Shown in pieces: positions 26,577 through 38,695 of a stretch of 64,000 nucleotides of DNA. Position numbers and translations under genes: made by a program. The notes beneath the pieces are model-generated. The model saw only the letters and a program-made list of their open reading frames with translations. It searched no databases and had not been told where the DNA came from. The DNA comes from Macrostomum lignano. Taxonomy: Eukaryota. The DNA lies in NCBI GenBank assembly GCA_002269645.1, contig NIVC01000056.1, positions 1,054,001 to 1,118,000 on the forward strand, read 5' to 3'. The stretch's first letter is position 1; each line of letters opens with the position of its first letter.

Positions 26577-29500
26577 CTACACCGAGTTCTTGCTGGTCAT
26601 CAAGTAGGGCCGCTCCTGAATAACAAAATTTGTAGTGAAAAACGTTGCTTCAGTAGATTTTAATAAGTAGCAAGGAACAGATATTTAAAGCTTAAATTAG
26701 GATTACCTGAGTTGGACAGGAGAAGCTACCAGCAGGATCCCAGTTGGTGGTCTTCTGGCCCACTGGTTCCAGCTGAAGTTTTGGTTTGGTTTTTGTTTCC
26801 GTTAGAATTTAATTTATTCAGTTAGACTTTGACACCGGTTACACCATCAATATCACAGTTACAGCATCAATATCACAGATTACAGCATCAATATCACAGA
26901 TTACAGCATCAATATCACAGTTACAGCATCAATATCACAGATTACAGCATCAATATCACAGATTACAGCATCAATATCACAGATTACAGCATCAATATCA
27001 CAGATTACAGCATCAATATCACAGATTACAGCATCAATATCACAGATTACAGCATCAATATCACAGATTACAGCATCAATATCACAGATTACAGCATCAA
27101 TATCACAGATTACAGCATCAATATCACAGTCGATTACAGCATCAATATTACAGATTACAGCATCAATATCACAGATTACAGCATCAATATTACAGATTAC
27201 AGCATCAATATCACAGTCGATTACAGCATCAATATGACAGATTACAGCATCAATATCACAGTCGATTACAGCATCAATATCACAGATTACAGCATCAATA
27301 TCACAGATTACAGCATCAATATGACAGATTACAGCATCAATATCACAGTCGATTACAGCATCAATATCACAGATTACAGCATCAATATCACAGATTGCAG
27401 CATCAATATCACAGATCACAGCATCAATATCACAGATTACAGCATCAATATCACAGATTACAGCATCAGTATCACAGATTACAGCATCAATATCACAGAT
27501 TACAGCATCAATATCACAGATTACAGCATCAATATCACAGATTACAGCATCAATATCACAGTCGATTACAGCATCAATATGACAGATTACAGCATCAATA
27601 TCACAGTCGATTACAGCATCAATATGACAGATTACAGCATCAATATCACAGTCGATTACAGCATCAATATCACAGATTACAGCATCAATATCACAGATTA
27701 CAGCATCAATATCACAGATTACAGCATCAATATCACAGATTACAGCATCAATATCACAGTCGATTACAGCATCAATATCACAGATTACAGCATCAATATC
27801 ACAGATTACAGCATCAATATCACAGTCGATTACAGCATCAATATTACAGATTACAGCATCAATATCACAGATTACAGCATCAATATTACAGATTACAGCA
27901 TCAATATCACAGTCGATTACAGCATCAATATGACAGATTACAGCATCAATATCACAGTCGATTACAGCATCAATATCACAGATTACAGCATCAATAACAC
28001 AGATTACAGCATCAATATCACAGATTACAGCATCAATATCACAGATTACAGCATCAATATCACAGATTAGAGCATCAATACCACAGATTGCAGCATCAGT
28101 ATCACAGATTGCAGCATCAATATCACAGATTGCAGCATCGATATCACAGTCGATTACAGCATCAATATCACAGATTACAGCATCAGTATCACAGATTACA
28201 GCATCAATATCACAGTCGATTACAGCATCAATATCACAGTCGATTACAGCATCAATATCACAGTCGATTACAGCATCAATATCACAGATTATAGCATCGA
28301 TATCACAGTCGATTACAGCATCAATATTACAGTCGATTACAGCATCAATATCACAGTCGATTACAGTATCAATATCACAGATTACAGCATCAATATCACA
28401 GATTGCAGCATCAATATCACAGATTACAGCATCAATATCACAGATTACAGCATCAATATCACAGATTACAGCATCAATATCACAGTCGATTACAGCATCA
28501 ATATTACAGATTACAGCATCAATATCACAGATTACAGCATCAATATTACAGATTACAGCATCAATATCACAGTCGATTACAGCATCAATATGACAGATTA
28601 CAGCATCAATATCACAGTCGATTACAGCATCAATATCACAGATTACAGCATCAATATCACAGATTACAGCATCAATATCACAGATTACAGCATCAATATC
28701 ACAGTCGATTACAGCATCAATATCACAGATTACAGCATCAATATCACAGATTGCAGCATCAATATCACAGATCACAGCATCAATATCACAGATTACAGCA
28801 TCAATATCACAGTCGATTGATGCTGTAATCAATATTAATATTACAGATTAATATTACAGATCAAGATCAGTATTACAGATTACAGCATCAATATCACAGA
28901 TTACAGCATCAATATCACAGTCGATTACAGCATCAATATTACAGATTACAGCATCAATATCACAGATTAGAGCATCAATACCACAGATTGCAGCATCAGT
29001 AACACAGATTGCAGCATTAATATCACAGATTACAGCATCAATATCACAGATTACAGCATCAATATCACAGATTACAGCATCAATATCACAGATTACAGCA
29101 TCAATATTACAGATTACAGCATCAATATCACAGATTAGAGCATCAATACTACAGATTGCAGCATCAGTATCACAGATTGCAGCATCAATATCACAGATTA
29201 CAGCATCAATATCACAGATTACAGCATCAATATCACAGATTACAGCATCAATATCACAGATTACAGCATCAATTTCACAGATTACAGCATCAATATCACA
29301 GATTACAGCATCAATATCACAGATTGCAGCATCAATATCACAGATTGCAGCATCATATCACAGATTACAGCATCAATATCACAGATTACAGCATCAATAT
29401 CACAGATTACAGCATCAATATCACAGATTACAGCATCAATATCACAGATTGCAGCATCAATATCACAGATTGCAGCATCAATATCACAGATTACAGCATC

Positions 29501-32500
29501 AATATCACAGATTACAGCATCAATATCACAGATTACAGCATCAATATCACAATCGATTACAGCATCAATATCACAGATTACAGCATCAATATCACAGTCG
29601 ATTACAGCATCAATATCACAGTCGATTACAGCATCAATATCACAGATTACAGCATCAATATCACAGTCGATTACAGCATCAATATGACAGATTACAGCAT
29701 CAATATCACAGTCGATTACAGCATCAATATCACAGATTACAGCATCAATAACACAGATTACAGCATCAATATCACAGATTACAGCATCAATATCACAGAT
29801 TACAGCATCAATATCACAGATTAGAGCATCAATACCACAGATTGCAGCATCAGTATCACAGATTGCAGCATCAATATCACAGATTGCAGCATCGATATCA
29901 CAGTCGATTACAGCATCAATATCACAGATTACAGCATCAGTATCACAGATTACAGCATCAATATCACAGTCGATTACAGCATCAATATCACAGTCGATTA
30001 CAGCATCAATATCACAGTCGATTACAGCATCAATATCACAGATTATAGCATCGATATCACAGTCGATTACAGCATCAATATTACAGTCGATTACAGCATC
30101 AATATCACAGTCGATTACAGTATCAATATCACAGATTACAGCATCAATATCACAGATTGCAGCATCAATATCACAGATTACAGCATCAATATCACAGATT
30201 ACAGCATCAATATCACAGATTACAGCATCAATATCACAGTCGATTACAGCATCAATATTACAGATTACAGCATCAATATCACAGATTACAGCATCAATAT
30301 TACAGATTACAGCATCAATATCACAGTCGATTACAGCATCAATATGACAGATTACAGCATCAATATCACAGTCGATTACAGCATCAATATCACAGATTAC
30401 AGCATCAATATCACAGATTACAGCATCAATATCACAGATTACAGCATCAATATCACAGTCGATTACAGCATCAATATCACAGATTACAGCATCAATATCA
30501 CAGATTGCAGCATCAATATCACAGATCACAGCATCAATATCACAGATTACAGCATCAATATCACAGATTACAGCATCAATATCATAGGTTACAGCATCAA
30601 TATCACAGATTACAGCATCAATATCACAGTCGATTACAGCATCAATATCACAGATTACAGCATCAATATCACAGATTACAGTATCAATGCCGCAGATTAC
30701 AGCACCAAAACCGCAGACTACGTCACCTTGCATTAAAAGGGCTGCATTCAGTGTTGCTCATCATCTCACCATATTGTTCCACAGTCCTTTGCCTGCGGCG
30801 CTGTGACCCCGCACACCAAAGTGGAAACAGTCTGGCGCAAAGAAGTCGAAGTCGATTTCTCCGTTGATCCTTGGCGGCTGGCTGTCGCGCAGGAACGGCT
30901 GGTTCACCACAGTGAAGTCGTCGCGGGTGTCGTAACGACGAGAGTCAATCAGCTCGTTGAGCAGCCGCTGATAGTCCTTCTGCAGGTTGGCGATCTCTTG
31001 CTCCTAGTAGATTTGTTTGATTGAATTTGAGGTGAAGGTGCTCAAAGCTTCATTTTAGTTCTGGATTTTGAGGAGTTATGAGCTCATACGATAATTCACA
31101 AGCACATGCAGTTTCTAGCTGTCAAGTTACGAGTTTGGAAACGATACCTGTTCCTCGCTCTCAGGAAAAGCTGGACACTTGCAGAGCATTGAACCCAGCA
31201 GCACAGAGCAGGTGGGGCTGCCGTCCTTTAGCTCCTTCACTAGAGTGACATCCAAAACTTCGACAACGTTGACAAAGGCTCGAGGCACATTATCGTGCAG
31301 ATAGTCTAGCGCGTTGCGAATATGCCGGATGTAGTTCTCGGGGCTGAAAATTTCCTAGAAAATGATCAACCAGTTAAAAAGATTTTGCTATTACGTTGTT
31401 AGTGTTCCACAACCGAGTTTCGACCAGTGTAAATCGTCTTGTTGTCTTTTCAACAAACCTTATCCTTGCAGTAGTCACAGATGTCGTTTCCGCCAACGAA
31501 TATAGTTATCAACTTCCAATCGTTGTTAAAGTCCACTTTAGAGTCGGATTTTAACTTTCTGACCAACGACTCGGCTTGGCTTGGCATATCGCTGAAATTC
31601 AGACATCAGATCAGACATCGTCACACAACCAGCGCTGGGGTAATTCTGCCCATTCCGCTGACTCCTGAGTACATACAAGCGCGCCAATACTGTGTGCAGG
31701 TGCGCGCTCATGCACACGCTCACACAGGGTGTACAGCTGCTCTTTGGCTTTCTAATCGTCAGGAATGTACACCCAGCCAGTTTTGATGTACAAGTCTCAA
31801 ATTAATGTAACTAACAGGTGAGCACTGTAACTAACAGGTGAGCACTGTAACTAACGGGTGAGCACTGTAACTAACGGGTGAGCACTGTAACTAACAGGTG
31901 AGCACTGTAACTAACAGGTGAGCACTGTAACTAACAGGTGAGCACTGTAACTAACAGGTGAGCACTGTAACTAACAGGTGAGCACTGTAACTAACAGGTG
32001 AGCACTGTAACTAACAGGTGAGCACTGTAACTAACGGGTGAGCACTGTAACTAACAGGTGAGCACTGTAACTAACAGGTGAGCACTGTAACTAACAGGTG
32101 AGCACTGTAACTAACAGGTGAGCACTGTAACTAACAGGTGAGCACTGTAACTAACAGGTGAGCACTGTAACTAACAGGTGAGCACTGTAACTAACAGGTG
32201 AGCACTGTAACTAACAGGTGAGCACTGTAACTAACAGGTGAGCACTGTAACTAACAGGTGAGCACTGTAACTAACAGGTGAGCACTGTAACTAACAGGTG
32301 AGCACTGTAACTAACAGGTGAGCACTGTAACTATCAGGTGAGCATCATAACAAACAAGTGAGCACAGCGTCCCAAACAACCCCAAACAAAATCCCAGCAG
32401 CAGCTCACGAAGCAAGTTTTCCCGGCTCAGCAACGTTCAGCCTGGCAACCGAAGAAATCACATTCCCGTTGCCAGTCGAATAACCATAAAGATTTGTCTG

Positions 32501-34069
32501 CTTGTGACGAATAATGTCTGGAATAAAATAAACACTTTGTTGAAATTCAATCGATGCTGTGATAGTCAACTATAGTTCAAATTTGAGTAAGGCTTACTAG
32601 GAAGAGTTGAGTGCTCCTCAGGAGTTGGTTCGCCACCGATACTAAAACCGGTATGCAAAAAATCACATTAAATACTAAACATACATGAAACTGTAACCAT
32701 CAATATCTTCTGATTATGAAAAAGTGTAGTGAAGAAGAGATGCAAGATCTGGAATTCAGGGAGTTGATGCTCAGGATGCAGGAAAGGGAAGTTCAGGATG
32801 CAGGGAGGGGAATCTCAGGATGTAGGGAGGGGAATCTCAGGATGCAGGGAGGGGAATCTTAGGATGAAGGGATGGGAATCCCAGGATGCAGGGAGGGGAA
32901 TCTTAGGATGAAGGGATGGGAATCTCAGGATGCAAGGAGGGGAATCTTAGGATGAAGGGATGGGAATCTCAGGATGCAGGGAGGGGAATCTTAGGATGAA
33001 GGGATGGGAATCTCAGGATGCAGGGAGGGGAATCTTAGGATGAAGGGATGCGAATCTCAGGATGCAGGGAGGGGAATCTTAGGATGAAGGGATGGGAATC
33101 TCAGGATGCAGGGAGGGGAATCTCAGGATGCAGGGAGGGGAATCTCAGGATGCAGGGAGGGGAATCTCAGGATGCAGGGAGGGGAATCTCAGGATGCAAG
33201 GAGGGGAATCTCAGGATGCAGGGAGGGGAATCTCAGGATGCAGGGAGCGGAATCTCCTACCTCCAAGCGTAGCCCCTGTACTCAATGAGCAGACCAACAA
33301 TTCCAGTGGCCCGAGCTCCGCTGCCGGCAGTCAGCGAATCGCCCATCGCTGCGACAACGTCAATATCGGCTGGTCGAAGTCGATGCACGGAGGTTGGTGG
33401 CTCTGTCGATCGTTGCAGGTCGCAGGGGAAATCCAATTTTGGAGTGGATTGCCTACTAGATCGGCGGCTGGCTCTGACCATCTGATCCTGAACAGCCCAG
33501 CGATGGTACACCGGGTGCGACTGCACCGCGGTGACTGCCTGCAGCAGACGACTGCTCCAGTCGGTGGTGCTGCGGTCGCTCACTCGGCTGCTGACGTACT
33601 CGATGGCTGAGTGGATCTCTGCTTTGGAAGGCTGGCTGACTGAAATTTTGCGGAAAGGCGGAGTTATATTTTTTACAGAGTGAATTCTCAGTAGTTACAG
33701 GAGTGCCTTTGGTTCAGAGAGTGACTTTGTTTGTCCAGAGAGTGAATTTCATCAAGTCTAGCAAAGGAATTTTGTTTAATCGAAAGGTGACTTTTGTCTA
33801 GTCCAGAGAGTGCCTTTTGTTTAGACTAGAGAGCGACTTTTGACTAGCCTAGAGAGTGACTTTTGACTAGCCTATAGAGAGTGACTTTTGACTAGCTTAG
33901 AGAGTGACTTCTGTCTAGTCCAGAGAGTGACCTTTTCGATGCAAGTGTGCTTCAAGAATTACATCGGGAAATGCAGTTTAATTAAACAAAAAATGAGCAA
34001 CTCAAACTCACATGAGGAATCGACAGCAGAAATTCCAACCAGCAAAAGCAGCGACAGAACAGTCGACAT
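26577..34069 (-). CDS. PLB1: Secreted phospholipase B1-like GDSL/SGNH lipase with a single catalytic domain, 422 aa
   Basis: Exons (minus strand) 34012-34069, 33261-33639, 32598-32641, 32409-32517, 31459-31591, 31148-31354, 30770-31003, 26707-26772, 26577-26615 are all GT-AG and phase-consistent (1269 nt). Signal peptide MSTVLSLLLLVGISA. Motifs: PTSVHRLRPADIDVVAAMGDSLTAG, EYRGYAWSIGG, LNVAEPG, WKLITIFVGGNDICDYC, RYDTRDDFTVVNQPF, FFAPDCFHF, LWNNMLEPVG, CPTQERPYL. Confidence 0.95.
26835..30705. repeat. ~3.9-kb 21/24-bp satellite filling a PLB1-like intron
   Basis: Unit CAGCATCAATATCACAGATTA, with a common +3 variant (CACAGTCGATTA). Confidence 0.98.
31620..31780 (-). mobile_element. SINE family B, partial inverted copy
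   Basis: The reverse complement matches the central part of the copies at 34640, 37747 and 55210 (GTGTACA...ACGAT...CTGTACAC.CTGTGTGAG...GAGTCAGCGGAATGGGCAG). Confidence 0.7.
31808..32365. repeat. 20-bp minisatellite in a PLB1-like intron
   Basis: Highly homogeneous GAGCACTGTAACTAACAGGT copies. Confidence 0.98.
32755..33250. repeat. 22-bp minisatellite in a PLB1-like intron, abutting the donor site at 33260
   Basis: AATCTCAGGATGCAGGGAGGGG alternating with the variant AATCTTAGGATGAAGGGATGGG. Confidence 0.96.
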
Positions 34070-34639
34070 GATCAGAAACGGATTACCACCCTGACAGAGC
34101 GCTTTCGGTGTTGTTTTACTGAAGTTACACGACTGTTTTCTTATGAAAAGAAAGAACAAACTAGCCAGAATCTAAGCTGTGTGCTGCAAGACTAATTTTT
34201 ATTAACCCGTGGCAATTAAAAATCGGTTATTAAATTGTTGCCAATTGGTAATATTCAGTTTTTTTCAAAGCAGCAATCCTTGAGAAAACCGACACCTGGA
34301 ACCGGTGACGCCTGGAGAAGAGTCACAAAGGAAGGTCTCTCCCTGTTCACTGTGTGGCGTGATAAAAGCCAGGGTTCAGCTACTAACAGAAAATGACTTT
34401 CCGAACTAAAAATTGCCCAATGAAGCTTAATCTCAACTGTGAATTGAAAGATTTACTACATGTTATACTACTCACTAATTAGTAGCTTTAAATAGTTGTT
34501 GGTTCTAAATTACGATATTCGATTATGTTAGATAATTTATTATACGAGTGCTATAGTATTATAGTCTATATTACGTCCTTTTTACGTCCTTTTAAACGCA
34601 AATCATGCAATTTACACTGGAAGCGTGTTTTTTCGCACA

Positions 34640-34960
34640 AATTGGAATCTCGGCTTGGCTCTGCTCGTGCAATTAACGCCCAGCTTGAGGGCCAACCCCC
34701 AAGGCACAGTGAAGTGTACATGCCTAACGATAAACAAAGTTAAGGCCACTGTACACTCCTGTGTGAGTGTGTGCCTGCGTACGTATCCGCGCGCTTGTGT
34801 GCCTGCTCAGGGGAGTCAGCGGAATAAGGGCAGTAATGCCTCTCACTGGTTGTGCGACAATGTCGCTTAAAGTGCACCAGGGTGCACACAGCCCTCCCCC
34901 TCTAATAAAAATTCTCTTTACGTCTTTTGAGCGAATTTGTCTATGGCCAAACCCCATTAG
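34640..34960 (+). mobile_element. SINE family B, 5'-truncated copy
   Basis: Near-identical to 37815-38075 and 55258-55587 (AATTGGAATCTCGGCTTGGCTCTGCTCGTGCAAT...CAAGGCACAGTGAAGTGTACATGCCTAACGAT...). Confidence 0.85.
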
Positions 34961-35863
34961 GCGATGTGAAAAAAGCAACTTTGGCAAAATCCGTTTAGAA
35001 AATAAAAACGTCTGCATTTCGAGCGTCGCCACTCGCCAAAAATACTACTACTTTTTCTAAACTTTTTTCTCAATAAACTTGTTTGTGCACCTCAGACAAA
35101 GCCTATATTCGTTAATGCATTTTGCACCGAAAACGTCAGCCTCCAACGAACTTTAACTGCAAGTGCAGCGTCCTACGAGTATTTTAGCTGTCCATTCATC
35201 AAACAAGGCAAGTAAACATGGTACGCAATAAAATAAGGTGAGCAAAAATCAATGGCTGGGCTAGAAGACGTTGGCCTATGTAGGGCAGAGTAACACACGA
35301 GACAAACCCAGCCAACACAGGTGCAGATTGGTGACAAATAGTTCGCTTCTCTTGTCAACCTTCTAAAGTGGCGAGGCTTGGAAGTTCTGAGAGGGGTGGC
35401 TGGCGTGGGGGTTGGGGTTTTGGGGGGGGGTTGGGTCCGGAGGTCTTATTCGGAAGTCATTGATTCACTCCATTCATTTTGGTCTGGCGTGGTTGTGGTG
35501 GAATGAGGGAGAGAGAGGAGTGTAGTAGGCAGAGATAAGGCAAGAACGATTGTGTGTGCCTGCGTGTAGGGGCCTATTACGCAATCTCTGCCCCGCCACC
35601 CCACTAGCACACACCCCCTGCCGCGTTGAACCGTTGAACTGAACTGTACATTTACACCCTAAAACCCCCCTCCATTGTGCGCACAATGACTGCCGCAACA
35701 CCCCAGCATGCGTGGAGGAAAACCAAGCCCCGGTTTTATGCATGCGTGGCCAAGAAGACAGTGAGCCGGGCCCCGGAGAGAACACAACGCAGAGAGAAAG
35801 GCAGCGGGAACGGGAGAACAACCCAAGTCAAAACAACAACTGTTGCCACCGTCACTGCCCAGC

Positions 35864-38695
35864 ATGCACCGCTATCAACTGTCGCCTATTCACCGACATC
35901 AGAGAAGTCTAGCGGCCGCATCTTCCAGTCGGAATGCCCGGCCGCAGGGTCTGCCTCAGCCGCCGCCCGCCGTAAAATTCTGCCTCGCTTTGGGAGAATC
36001 TCCTAGTCCCAACGCATCGGCTTTCTCGTTGTCTTCCCTGTCCGCTGCTGACGAAGCGCCAGCGACTATGCCGCGGCAGCCGTTGAAACGCTTTCTCGAG
36101 CCGCCGCGTCCCGTTACCATGACAACTTGTTGCCAGGCCGAGTGCAAAACCGGAGAAGGTTCCTCGCAGAATGGACTGTCTCAGGCTGACAATCGGCAGA
36201 AGCAGCAACAGCAGCTCCGGTTAGTCTACTGTGAGAACAGCTTGTCCAGGTTCCGGCCGCCGCCTCGGCGAACTCTGTCCTTCCCGCCGCCCATTGCGTG
36301 CTCAACTCGAGCCCTGCCGATTCTTGTTCAACCGCTGGAGTGTCTGGCAGCGGCAAGCCCTGACCAGGCCGACACCGCCAAGTTCACCGCCTCTCCAACT
36401 CCGTCGCCGATTGTCCTAACCGAGTCGCCGACTCATGCCGGCTGTCGTCGCCGTGCCGACCGACGCAGGCGTAGAGTTCGGTTTGCCGACGCGCTGGGCT
36501 TTGAGCTGACGAATGTACGCGTCGTGGTCTGCGATCCGGAGGAGCCGCCGGTTATTCCTGGCCACGTGCTGTAAGCTCTTCGACGCCAAATGTCGCTTAG
36601 GGCGGCCGGGGCGAACTACGAACGACAATGGGACGATGACTATGGATTCGGGTTCGAGGAGGGCGCGGTCGCTGAGCGTGCGGGTGAGTTACTACAATAC
36701 AATCGGAAATTTCCAGGATGCACCCAGACTCCCTCCTCGAGGAGGTACACCCAACACGAGTTTATTTCCCCCTAGATTCTTCCCCAAACCTCCCCTAATT
36801 CCCCCAAGATTCTTCTCCTAATCTCTTGAGATTCTTCCCTGAAATCCTCCCAAGATTCTTCCCCAAACCTTCTACGAGTTCTTCCCCAAAATTCTCCTGA
36901 TATTCTTCCCCATAATTCCCCCGAGATTCTTCCTCAAACTTTGCTCGAGATTCTTGCCAAATCCCCCCCAGATTCTTCCCATAATTTTCTAAAACTCTTC
37001 ATCAAATCTCACCTGAGCTTCTAAGCCCTGGGAATCTTGTAAAAATCGATGTCAATCAAAGTTTCTCCCCATCAATCCCATCTTAGCCGGAGTCGACAAG
37101 CCACCAAAGCCGGCGCCACTGGGCTACTCAACCTGCTGGAGGCCTCTGTTCTCAACGCAACCACCGACCGATGCTGTGGAGAGACGCGTTGCTGATGAGA
37201 AAATCGCGATGGAGTCGGTCAGGCTGGAGACAATGGCACTGGAGGCCAGTGTGCAAGTGCAAAACCTTGGACCAGTGAAACAGGTTTGTCAAGACTGGTT
37301 GGGGACTATTCTCAAATTTCGTAGTATTCGCGTTGTATAATAAAGATTTTTTAAATGCATTATAGGAATATAAATCTACAATTTACTTTATAAGTTACTA
37401 AAAAGGTAACGCTTGTAATAGAGAATTAAAAAACTTCTCAAATCAATCAGACTTGGAAGCATGCCCTTTGCTGCCAGAAACCCGATTTAGTGTACAGCTC
37501 AGCCTACTGACAGTAGGCTTGTTAGAATTCTAATTCAACATGTCCAACTAGTTGGTTGGAATCAGTTAGAGTCATTTAACCTACGAACGTAAAGTTCATA
37601 GATTAAAAAAATAACAAATAACAATCAAGGAAAATTTTTGTGACTTTTCGGGAGCGAGGTGGCTTCGCCAGTTTGTCAATTTAAAATCAGATAAAATTTG
37701 TTATTAGAAACTATCCAAATTGAAGCAAATTTCGAGTTTTAGTAACGGGCCGTAGCCTAGAGGTCCAGCGGCCCAGGCTCGATTCCAAGTGCAGTCGCAT
37801 TGATTTGGGGCTGAATTGGAATCTCGGCTTGGCTCTGCTCGTGCAATTAACGCCCAGCTTGAGGGCCAACCCCCAAGGCACAGTGAAGTGTACATGCCTA
37901 ACGATAAATAAAGTTAGGGCCGCTGTACACTCCTGTGTGAGTGTGTGCCTGTGCGTATGACTGCGTACGTATCCGCGCGCTTGTGTGCCTGCTCAGGGGA
38001 GTCGGCGGAATGGGGGCAGCAATGCCTCTCGCCAGTCGCTTAAAGTGCGCCAGGGTGCACACAGAACCCTGCCTCTAACTAAACTAAACAGGGCCGCTAT
38101 TCACCCTTTGGGAGTGTGTGCCTGCGCACATTGTGGGTGTGCATTCTCAGAGGTCAGCGAAATGGTTGACTGTCGCCTGAGTGTTGTGGCTCATGGGGAT
38201 AATTTTTGAGATGTCGAGGCTCATTGGGGGGGGGGGCAAAGCTCAAAGGTGATCTGATAGCTGTCTCTCAGGGCGGATGATTTTTGCTTTATGCATTGTC
38301 TTCCTTCAGAGCCCAAAAATAATGACTGTACAAGGTCAAAACCTACGTGTAATTTAATTTTTTGCCTCCATAACGGGGGAGGGCATGGATTGCTAGTTTT
38401 TCACCTGTAGCTGCCTAATTCCACACAGGTATGGTTGCGACTTACCGACAGTTCGTGGCGGCATCACACTGACTTGCATCTGCAGTTCGCCAATCAGCTA
38501 GACGATGGCGCGGTGGACAGGTTCACCCTTCGCACCTGCCTACCAATTAGCGCTTTTGAATCGCAACGATTGGAATTCGCTCTGGGATTTCGAGTTGAAG
38601 GCGTCGAAGGCGAGTTCTGGGACAACAATAGCGGTTTTAACTACGCATTCGAACGGCTGCCACAGCTGCATAGGGCCTCGTGCGCTTGCTATTGA
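35864..38695 (+). CDS. PPP1R3: Protein phosphatase 1 glycogen-targeting regulatory subunit (PPP1R3 family, RVxF + CBM21); exon 1 contains an in-frame TAA at 36572-36574
   Basis: Exons ~35864-36683, 37087-37283 and 38429-38695 are phase-consistent. RRRVRFADALGFELTNV is the RVxF/PP1-binding motif. FSTQPP...KIAMESV...VQVQNLGPVKQVWLRLTDSSW...DRFTL...LEFAL...WDNNSGFNY is CBM21. The start codon is uncertain (alternative ATG at 36068), and the gene may be non-functional as written. Confidence 0.85.
36770..37020. repeat. Degenerate CCCCAAGATTCTTC-like repeat in PPP1R3 intron 1
   Basis: Repeated xCCCxAGATTCTTCC motifs. Confidence 0.75.
37747..38075 (+). mobile_element. tRNA-derived SINE family B, most complete copy
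   Basis: The head GGGCCGTAGCCTAGAGG (A-box-like) is followed by GGCTCGATTCC (B box with one mismatch). The body is shared with 34640-34960 and 55210-55587. Confidence 0.75.

Noticed and set aside
26829-30867. Very long ORFs (413, 643 and 476 aa; YSINITD, ICDIDAV and QHQYHRL repeats), with an N-I-T sequon in every unit
   Set aside because: They lie entirely within a PLB1-like intron. Units of 21/24 bp lack stops in several frames, so multiple frames on both strands are open at once. There is no unique N- or C-terminal coding context.
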